A DNA stretch of 38,424 nucleotides, from the NCBI GenBank assembly GCA_000165425.1, contig CT868541.1:62001-100424 (forward strand), given 5' to 3'. The translations under genes and the position numbers were made by a program. The DNA comes from Paramecium tetraurelia (lineage: Eukaryota). The notes under the pieces were generated by a model. It was not told the DNA's origin. It was given only the letters and a program-made list of their open reading frames with translations, and searched no databases. Of the stretch, positions 25,535 to 35,877 are shown piece by piece. Each line of letters opens with the position of its first letter. Positions within the stretch are counted from its first letter, which is position 1.

Positions 25535-27101
25535 ATGTAAATTTTATTGTTATTTTTACCCTTATTTATATTTTGTTAGAAGGTAAGAATTTATATTGAA
25601 GATGACTAAGATGAATATTTGGTGTATTAAAACGACAAAATTTAATTTGAATTCCAAAAGAAGAATTTAATGTAAGAAGTGACTTGTAAACCTCCGAAAT
25701 CCTTTGGTGTTAATAGTACAAGTAGTCTCATTGGATATTCAAATCAAACTTTAAGAATATAAAACGATGACATAGTTTCATTCAATGTTGTTGTATAGCA
25801 AGCAACAGAAAGGGATACGAGCATGTATTTTATAATATAATTAAGAGAGCTCTATCAACAGAAGTAGTTTCAGAAGATGGAATATTGAAACCTAAAAGTG
25901 AAATTAAATTCCTATTATACTAGATGTGCCCTTAAAAGGTCGATTTGACACCTGAAAATTATTGGACTCCTATACTTGTGAATGTTACAATCAATTAAGT
26001 AAGCTCAACCAACAAGGATACAATAGAATTTGCTATGATATTTACATGTGATAAAGCATTCAGAGATAAAACATTTGATTGGAGTCTACCTATTTTACTA
26101 ATCATTACAACCATATTGATTGCATTTTTAGCAAAACACACAAGAATAATTTCGTTTAAATGGAGAGTCAATGGACATGACTTTTAAGGATTTGAAATCG
26201 GTTTTATGATTATTGGGATCTATATATTAGCATATGCATCTGGAGCAACAATTGTGATAGCTACTGCTTTTTCAGATTTGATTCGATATTCTTTGATAGT
26301 AATTGCTTGCACTATTGGGACTCTTGCCATTTTCTTTCTCTCAACAGAGGTATTCAAATAAACTAAGTTTAGTTGGCCTGTCTATTGAAAGCAAACTCTT
26401 TTATTAGAAAATACAATTTAATAATTGCTGCTGTCATTTCTTTATTGATTGGACTGCCTTATTATTTTTGGATGCCTTGGTACTTGAACGACATAATTTC
26501 TCTAGCCTTTATTTTCCTTATTGTAAAATTCTTCAGACTCAAGAACTTAAAGACAGCAGCAGCTTTAATGTTTTCTAACATGATATTGGATTCAACTTTT
26601 GCTATTTATATTCATTATACACAGGATCTATCTTACAACACTACTGTGTTATAATACTTGAACTGTCCTTTAGAATTACAATTACCTTTGATGAAATTGC
26701 AATATGATAAGAATTGCGCTTGGATTTCCCTGTTTAGTCAGGCTGTTCCAGGGTTATTTCTAAGTCTGGCTTACAGAATAGACAGGAGTAAAAGAACATT
26801 TACTTATGGTTTGGCAGGGGTGATGTCATTGATAATCTCTGAGGGTTTTTGGGTATTGGCCACAGTGTCAGTGAAACACTCTATTCCCTAGTCCTTATTC
26901 ACATATCCTATTATGTTGGGTGCTTTAACACTGAATTCAATAAGGAGAGCAGAATTCAGTTCTTATTTGTTTGGAGATTATTTGTTTGATCAAAGTTATT
27001 ATAGATTAAGGGGAATTAGTTTAGAGGACTGCAAAGAACCTTAGTTTCTTTTAAACATGGAAAGTCTTCCCGACATTAAAACACATCCCACAGATTTATG
27101 A
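25535..27101 (+). CDS. Signal-peptide-peptidase-like (A22B/SPPL) multipass membrane protein, predicted catalytically inactive
   Basis: Signal peptide MQILLLFLPLFIFC, then a luminal domain and multiple TM segments. WYLNDIISLA..FRLKNLKTAAALM, CPLELQLP, VPGLFLSLAYRID and IRRAEF align with the SPP family. Intron 26350-26372; a frame-correcting intron near 25790-25850 has uncertain boundaries; TGA 27099-27101. Confidence 0.82.
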
Positions 27102-27157
27102 AGTAGAAAAGCTATTAATGTGAAATTTTATAATCAAACATTTTTTATTAATATTTT

Positions 27158-28056
27158 ATGGAATTAAATAAATCGAATATAATGGTTGCAACTGATGGAT
27201 CCCAAGCATCCAAATAAGCTTTCTTTGTACCTTAATTTATTATATTTATTAGTAAGCAGTCGAGTTCTTCGAGTACAAGAACATTTTCAATTAAATTATC
27301 GTAGCTCATGTATCTGATGAATCTAAAACCTATCTGCCTTTTGAATTCCAAAGCACAACAATTTATGAGGATTATAAAATCGAACTATTGTCAAGAGTAA
27401 TTGATTTCCCTTTATTTATTTTTTAGTATCCAGAAGCAAATTACTAATTGGTTTTTCAGGAGAAAGCTTAAGGTTAAGAGAATATTAGAAATTAGATCTT
27501 GTCAATAGCAGGAGATTTGAATGTCAGTTATTTGATAGTGGGATTTAATGGGCGAAAGGGAATCAAGTAGGATGTTACTGTCTTGGGACAGACAGTGAGG
27601 AACTCAGTTTACAATAGTAAAGTGCCTTTGATAGCAGTTAAGAAACTGTATAAGAGAGATGAAACCAATGGATTCAAGTTCGTAGTTTGCATTGATGGAT
27701 CTAAGAAATCGTATAAATCATTGGAAAGTGCAGTTGCCTTGTCTTTTGATGAGCGTGATAGTTTGTTGATTTGTTTTGCTCCCACGCCTGATAGGGAGGC
27801 GTTTGGAACTACTATTAAGACAAAGGTGGAAGAGTTTATGGCCAAATATCAAAGAAAATGGCAATATAAATAATTGGATCCATCCTACAGGGCTATAGAG
27901 AATGTGATTGAAATGATAAACAATTCAGATGATCTTGACTTTGTAGTGTTCGGATCGAATGGATACAGAGCACAATTGGAAAGCAAGACATTTTTTGGTT
28001 CAACAGCTGATGAATTATTGAAGAGGGCAAAGGCAAACATTATAATGGTACCTTGA
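27158..28056 (+). CDS. Tandem universal stress protein (USP) domain protein
   Basis: Domain 1: IMVATDGSQAS and LIVGFNGRKG..LGQT. Domain 2: VVCIDGSKKS and FVVFGSNG..FFGSTADELLKRAKANIIMVP. Introns 27227-27252 and probably 27397-27426. Confidence 0.9.
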
Positions 28057-28110
28057 ATATAAAATATATATTATAAAGTTAAATATATATATATAATTAA
28101 ATAACTTCTA

Positions 28111-31100
28111 ATGAAAGAAACAACCTAGTTGAAACCGGTGACATAGAAAAAAAGCAAGAGCAACTTTCTATTGGAAATGAATGAGAAGGATAAAGAAATC
28201 AATAATCAGATCATTAAGAACATGAATAAGCGAGTTAATTATCTAAAGAACCCTCGATTCAAAATTAACAAAGCGCCGGTTCTGTTTTCATACATCAATA
28301 CAAAGCAAGTAAGATTAGTTTGAATTAACTTAGGATATCGTGGTGGAGAAGGATTAGACAACATCCTTTAGAGTATTTCCGAAATAATTGATATTCAGAG
28401 AGTACATGTTGAATGGCATGTATGAAATAGATTTGTATGTTACCAATGCCACTGGGACTTTGTAGAGAATCAAAGTGTTACCACCTGAAAAGTGAGTGAT
28501 TTAACATTATTTTAGAAAGGAGTTTCAGATAGCAGCAATCAAATACCCAACAAAGGAGGATGGATTCATAGCTCCAGGGATGAGTGCAGTATTAAAGGTC
28601 AGATTCAATCCATCCTCATTGGCAGAGTTTGATGATACTATTGCCTTAATAACGGAAGATCATATTTTAAAAGTTCCATTATTGGCAAGAAAAGAACCTC
28701 CACAACTGGACTTGCCATCATAATTAGATTGTCAGAGTTGTTGGATAGGTGATTAAGTAGAAACAAGATTTGTAGTTAAAAATTCTGGAGGAGAAGCAGG
28801 CTATCGTTTTTTTATAAATAATCAATAAGATTAGCAAGAAGAGGAGAATTATATATAGATTGGTAATTTCTACTTATCGCCTGCTGAATTCTTCTTGCAT
28901 AAAGGAGAAACACAAATCATCTAAGCCATATTTAAACCAGATCTTGAAGGCGAAGTCATTGAAAACATCATTTTGGGATGTGACAATTTGACTCAGGCCA
29001 CATTAAAATTGATTGGCAGAGGCAACATGGTAGAATTAGGGATCTTAGGGATTGATAACATTAATCTCGAAAATTAAGAGCAATTATAAAAAATATTCTT
29101 TAACGATCCCATCCCAAAGGTAGAGACCAGTAGACAATTAAAGATAAGAAATAAAACATCAGTTAAAGTTAAATATCACTGGTATCTACAAAATGATGAT
29201 AAGGAATTAAAATTAGAAGATGAATAGAACTATTATTCCATCCAACCTCAAGAAGGATATTTTTAACCTAACGAAGTCATAGACTTTAAGATATTTTTAC
29301 AGAGTGAAGAATATTACCCGCTATTTTAAACTGCCTATTTAATCATTGATGATATTCCATTTGAAAGTATTAGGAATCCACCTCCTAATTTGAGACAGCA
29401 ATTTGAAACTAATTCATAATCTGTGGCTATTGGATCTAATAGCATTAAACCATCAATCACTTACTTTGAATTTGAATTGATTAGCAAATCTGCACTTGGG
29501 GAAGTGAGTGTTACACCTCAATTCTACAAATTTCCTGTTCCTATTTGTGTGAATACATTGGCCTAGTATAAATTTTAGTTGTCAACGACATCTAAAACCT
29601 AAATGAAATATTCAATTAATCCCCTTCAATTGGATTATTTCTATATTCAAGAAAAACAAGGTGTCATTAATAATGAAGCTGAGATTGTCTTGGGGGTTCA
29701 AAGTTCTGAGGTTGGTCAAATGAAGTTGGAATACAGAATAGACTTTGATTATGCTAATTCTATTTTAATTACAGTCTTTGCTGAAGTCATAGCTCCTATT
29801 ATATCAGTAAAACAAAGTTGGTTGAATTATGGATTGATTCAAACTTATTCATTGGAGTCATAAGAAATAACTATTAATAATTTGTCACCAGTTCCAGCTC
29901 TGATTAAAGCATAGTCTGGATCAGATCAAAGATTATTATTTAATAAGGATTAATTTGAGATCAAACCAAACAGTTCAATATAATTTAAAGTTGAATTTCA
30001 ATCTCGAGAGGCTGAAACTTATAATGATTTCTTATATTTTTCTGTTGAAAATGGAGATTGTGTTGTTTTAGATGTATTTGCAGAAGTATAAAACCCAAGT
30101 GTTTCCTTAAATAGATTATCTCTTAATATTGATACACTGTATTGTGGAAATACCTACACCTTTGATTAAAGAGCATAATAATACATAATGCTATAGAATT
30201 TAGGTAATATCAGTACTCCTTTTGAATGGGTGGTTGATAATGAGAAATAAGATAAATACTTAGTCCAATTTGAACCTAAAAAGGGAGTTCTTAAGCCAAA
30301 AACAAATTAAATAATTAAATTCTCCATAAAACCTAAAGAAGGTGGTAAATTGAATGAACTCTTCGTTTGTGAAGTGCAAGGCTTGCAATATCCATTGGGA
30401 TTTGAGATGAATACCATGATTTATGGATTGTCTGTTGAATATGAATTAGTGGATGATAGTGCACACATTTCTTCGAAGACATCAGTCAGTTCAAAATCAA
30501 AAAGTCTCAAGGATTCGAGGAAATCACTTTTGAAGGCAGACACTGAAATCAAAAATTAATAAATGGATAAATTAGAATTTTACAATTGTACTATCAACTA
30601 GCCAAAACAAGCTAAATTCTTAATTAAGAACACATCTGGTATTCACACATAATTTAATTTATTCATGAGAAAATATCAGCCACATGCATTGGAAGAGTAA
30701 TCAACTCTGTTTGATGATTTCGATGCTAAATCTTAAGCAGCAAGAACAATCAAATTTGCTGAATCTTCAATTTCTAAATCTGTATCCAAAAAAGGGAAGA
30801 TCTCCTAAGGAGGTAGACCTGTAGTGCTATTAACAAATAAGATTGAGAAAACACATAATTTTACATCTGAAGCAGGACTGAAATTGAATAAGCAAAAGAA
30901 GATGGAGCATGATTAAAGGGTGTATCTGTCTAATAATCTGGGCATTGCAGTTGTATTTGAACCATCCTCTGGTACTTTGAATGCATATGGATCTGTGGTT
31001 GTTTAAGTGACAGTGTTCAATGATATTTGTGGATTGTTTGAAGACTTAATGTGTTGCGACATTCGAGGACTGCCTACAAAGGAATTTCCAATTGCAATAG

Positions 31101-32510
31101 ATATTAAAGGATCTCCTATTGTCATTAGTCCCAGTCAACTAGGATTTAATTACAAAACAGATTTCCCTACTTTCGATTTAGGTACTTACATGCGAAACTT
31201 TGGAACAATCAGCAGAGATTTCAGAGTGATGAATACAGGTCCTTAGGATGTTGAATTGGAATGGAAAATCTATAATTTAGGAAATAGCACAGTGTCGGAT
31301 TACTTTGACATTAAAATAACAGAACCACAACTAGGATCGGATTCATTGTGCGATGTTTAATTTATAGCAAATGAGCCTCCAGAATCAACGGATGGTCCAT
31401 ACTAAGTGGTACCAAATAAGGAGAGAATTAAGTAGAGGAAGGAGAAGCATTTCACTTTACATTTCACTACTCAAGACACTGGAAATTATAGTGCTTGTTT
31501 GGTAGCCAGGCCAAGACTGATTAATTAGGATAAGACCATAGGCGAAGTTGCTTTCTATGTGAAAAGTGAGACTATCACACCTTACTTGACATTTGATAAG
31601 CTTGAAAAGTTGGAGGGAGGGTTTCAGGTTAAGTTTTAGAAATGGTCTAGTGGTTACAATCAAAAGTAGGAGAAGAAGTTGGTTTTAGTCAATAGGTAAA
31701 AGTCAAGTTTTGTATGTACATTTGAAATTGAGGGACCATTCAAATTAATTTAGACATCTACGAATTCACCATAGAAATACGAACTTGGTATGAAGACTGA
31801 AATTGCTAAAACATTCAATTTAGTAACTGATTCCCATGTGGAATTGCTTGTGAAGTTTGACGGTTATCAGCCTAATGACCCAGTTAATTGGCCTCTTACT
31901 TATAAAGTGTATCATCATGGATCAATAAATATCTTTTATGCCAATGGAGACAAACAGTCAATTTAATTGGAAGGGATTCTATTGAGACCCTTTGTCCACT
32001 TAAATACCTCTGGGATTGATCAAGTTGAAGGACCTGAAGTATTGGATTTTGGAGATGTTCAGGAGGATAAAACTATTGCTATTTATTTGTCCAATTTATC
32101 TTTAGTGCCTGCCTAATGGAAATTGCAGCATTAAAAAAATCCATTAAGGAAAAATATAGTGGAACGAACTATGACTTTGGAGGACAAGGAAGAAATGAAG
32201 AAAACCGATGACCCATCTGTGTTTGAATTTTAAATTACAGAAGGTAAGTTGGATGGGCCATCCACTATGGTGCATACTTTACCTCATGCTACATGCTTAC
32301 CTTATGAAATAACCATTGATGACATAAGAGAGTTAGGTGTATAGCCATTCAAGATTCTCATTAGATTCAAAGTAATTGATGTCTTTTATTTTCTAGCCTA
32401 CTGCTGAATTGTTGTACAAGTCCAAGTATAGAATTAAAGTTTAGGATGGCCCTAGTGTGGATTTCATTCTCAGAGGCACTGGCAAAGATTTGATCAAAAG
32501 AAAAGTATGA
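28111..32510 (+). CDS. DLEC1: DLEC1/CFAP81 (FAP81)-like ciliary central-apparatus protein with ASH/PapD-like domains
   Basis: RVNYLKNPRF, IAPGMSAVLKVRFNP, PPQLDLPSQLDCQSCWIGD, KNSGGEAGYRF, ILGCDN and VFNDICGLFED. Introns 28309-28333, 28492-28515, 32372-32396; TGA 32508-32510. Confidence 0.82.
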
Positions 32511-32561
32511 ACAATTATATAATTTAATGGTTTAATTTATTAATAATAATTAATAATAATA

Positions 32562-33880
32562 ATGGATTTGAATTCAAACCCAGATTTTCCCTCTAACATT
32601 TCAACAGATGGGCTGATTCAACTGAAAAGGGAATAAGTGAGAAACTCACAGAGGAAAGAAGACATCTAAAATAAATTGTTGCAAAAAAGACAGCAATACA
32701 TCTATCAATATGAATAGTTGTATTTGAAACAACAGGAACTCAGAAAAGAGGTGTGTTTATATTGTAATCTTAGGAACTTGCCCTCATATTCAATAAATCG
32801 ATTGAGTAAGTGAATGATCACTTTTATTTGAATGAAGTGACAGAGGCTTTGGAAATAATGGTAAATTTGGAATCCAAACTTGAAAGCATCACAGACATAC
32901 CAGAACAATTCTGTGTTAGCTCATTTACGAATGTCTTGAATTAACTGGTGGCTCAATTGTCAGCCAACAATCAATTAGAATTCTTCCTCCTAACCATTTC
33001 CTTCGATTCGATTAACATGTCCCTCTTCCCTTAAGAATAGTCAGTGATGAGTGAGTACTTCTCCAAAACCCTTGAATTGCTTAAGAAGGAGAAGCACAGA
33101 CATGCATAACACTTCCTTATCAAACTATACTAAAATAGCCCATAATGGTTTGAAGCAGTACTCTTTTAAGAATTCTGTTCAGTCAGTAAGAAACTATTTG
33201 AATTATTACTCAAACACATTGATAATCAAATAGTTTGGGTAATTCTGTCCTCGTTGAAGATTGTGCCCTATGATAACTTGATATTTTCAACCATCCTCAA
33301 AAACATTACCAATAAAAATGCCTTCCTCCTCTTGAGAAAGACACTCTGCCAAGAGGAATACTAACTCAAATACATCCAATCTAATATCTTCTATCTATTT
33401 ACCCAAGTATTACAACAAGCAGAAGACAAACAGTACTTCTTAAATGAAGTCATAGACTGCATACTTAGCATTTGTTGTGTAAGACTTTTTAGATATCTTT
33501 TAGCTTAAGTTTGAATTATTCGAGAAGGTTATTACTTCAGGTTTGGCTCTTGTGATATCAGCCTAATCGATAAAGGATTTCACTGTTGAGGTACATAACT
33601 TATTCTATTCAAGGGTATATAAAACTTATAGAGGATTGTCTATTGGATGTGTAGCAGCAAAAGTGAATTGTTGAATTAAAACATTAGAGAAGGCATATGG
33701 TTTTAGAGCATTTTCTTAATCCTTTTACAATAACAATTGAATCATGTAGTCTAAATTAATACTTTGGATATATTGAAATAATAGTTTAAATCTGATTTAG
33801 GTTGTCATTTCAAAGAGTTTTTCAGAACTACATATCAAGTGCCAGATAACATATAAACATTGATCGAAAGATACTTATGA
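32562..33880 (+). CDS. Hypothetical alpha-helical protein with an IBB-like basic N-terminal segment (possible divergent importin-alpha-like)
   Basis: ATG at 32562; introns 32751-32773, 33479-33503 and 33591-33613 give a continuous frame to TGA 33878-33880. KREQVRNSQRKEDIQNKLLQKRQ resembles the IBB pattern. The function call is tentative. Confidence 0.75.
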
Positions 33881-33904
33881 ATAATTAATATATTTCTACA
33901 CATA

Positions 33905-35222
33905 TCAAAAATTTAATATTTAATCCTTCATATGTTATTTCTCCATTGTGATCTTTTTTAAGGCTTCCTAGAAATCGGCATCATTAATGAACTCTTATTG
34001 TTTCTCAATGGCTATGTATGCGCTTTCATTTGTAATATTTTCCATATCTGCTCCCGAAAATCCATATGCATTCTTGGCTACTACATCGATCATTCCAGAT
34101 GAAACTTAGTGTTTTTTCTATATAAAACCATCAGTAAATAGATTACATTTTGTAAATGAACCCCCATGATGCCTTTTCTCTCATTTTCTGATGGTAAATT
34201 TATCTCTATTTTGATATCGAATCGACCACTTCTCAGAAGAGCTTCATCTAGAATTTAAATTCGATTGGTTGCTGCAATGACCACAATATTCTCATTCTCT
34301 TTAAACCCATCCAATTCTGTTAGTAATTAATTTAAAGTACTTACCCTTTCATTATCACCACCAGTTTCAGTTCCAAAATTTTAGTTCTTTCTTTTATATG
34401 CAATGCTATCAATTTCATCAATAAAGATGATTGCAGGAGACGATTGTCGTGCCTTTTTGAACAATTCTCTAACTCTCTTAGGACCAGTTCCTACATAGAC
34501 CTCTATGAATTCTGTTGCTGAGCAGTATAAGAAATTGACATTGCTTTCAGTTGCAGTGGCCTTAGCTAGCATGGTTTTTCCTGTGCCTGGAGGTCCATAT
34601 ATCATGACTCCTCTTCTTAGTCTAGCACCGACATTTCTGTATTTCAAAGGATCTTACAAATATTCAATGATTTATTGAAGTTATTTCTTTGCGTGATCTA
34701 ATCCATAAATATTCGAAAACTTAACTCCAGTTGATTATGCAAGCATAGATTTATTAGAAAGTCTATTAGAATTAATTAAATGAGATGCAAAAATACCAAA
34801 TGTATATGATAAGGCTGCTATGCTCATTATTATATACATCATTTGTTTCTCGTTGTAATAGATTTAAGTGGAATTTTAAAATCTTGGAACACCATATTCC
34901 CTTGGATTTATAAGAGTGATTCTTACATCAATGCCTTCAATAATTCCTTTCCCTTTATCATGGGCTCAGCCTAGGTCGATAACCATTAGGCTTAATTGAC
35001 ACATCTGAATAAAATATGAGAGCCATCATAAATTACTTCTTCAACCAATTTCTTTTGCAACACTAACATGAAATTGCTTATCTTCACTAGTGGCAAATTA
35101 GGTTTAGCTCTGGCTTTATACAAACAAAAAACAGCGATCAACATAGCAGCAGAAGCTGAAACATTCAATTTATCATTAAATTTGCGCATTACTATTTGCA
35201 TGAATTTTCTAAAATCAACCAT
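33905..35222 (-). CDS. FtsH-like membrane AAA+ ATPase lacking the M41 protease domain
   Basis: Two hydrophobic segments, then [58 protein letters not shown] and [18 protein letters not shown] 33907-33905 follows the AAA lid. Introns 34901-34926 and 34118-34146. Confidence 0.9.
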
Positions 35223-35391
35223 ATTTAATATATTAAAAAATAATAATAAAAATAAGTTCAAATTATTTGCTTCTAATCTATGGACTTCTGACAATCACTT
35301 ACATATTAAGATTTGTATTTATAATTATTAAAATAAAATTATTAAATATGAATTTAATAAATTAAAAAATAGTTAAGGCAGGATTTTTGAG

Positions 35392-35793
35392 TCGATTGGC
35401 TTCATCTTATCAATTAGATTGATCATAGTTTGAGGATACCCTTAGACTATAGATCCATAGCGAATTTATTGGAAATTACACAAAGACATGGATCAAAAAT
35501 AAGTATGCATAAATAGCTAAATTAGGTAATTCTTACAGATGCTATGATTACGACTAGGAGTCAAATAGCTATTGCAAAAAAGGCTTTGCAATCAAATGGA
35601 GTTATTTAGAAGAATATAACTGCAGTTAACATAGTTACATGTGAAAAAGTATATCAAAAGTACTTTGTCAATTTCCTAAGGTGAAAGCAATTAATTTGGA
35701 GTGGATCATGCATTAAATACTATACAAGATCTACTGTTCCCATGAGAAGGAGACTTTGGAGAGAGATATTTCGGAAAATTAGATCAATAGTGA
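35392..35793 (+). pseudogene. UPRT: Uracil phosphoribosyltransferase (UPRT/Fur1) pseudogene, C-terminal remnant
   Basis: Pieces SIGFIL, DPQRIYWKLHKDM, VILTDAMITTRS, NITAVNIVTCEK, ISKVLCQFPKVK and GVDHALN..LFP*EGDFGERYFG. Frameshifts near 35649 and 35695, in-frame TGA 35743-35745, intact intron 35503-35525, no recognisable N-terminal half. Confidence 0.82.
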
Positions 35794-35877
35794 ATATTTA
35801 TTTTTAAGATTCCTCTTAAAGAATATACAATATTTTATGGTTGAATATTGTTGATATGTTAAAATACAATATTTAGA

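Noticed and set aside
35743..35745. In-frame TGA as selenocysteine or readthrough in UPRT
   Set aside because: It aligns to a conserved Gly and is accompanied by frameshifts and truncation, consistent with decay.
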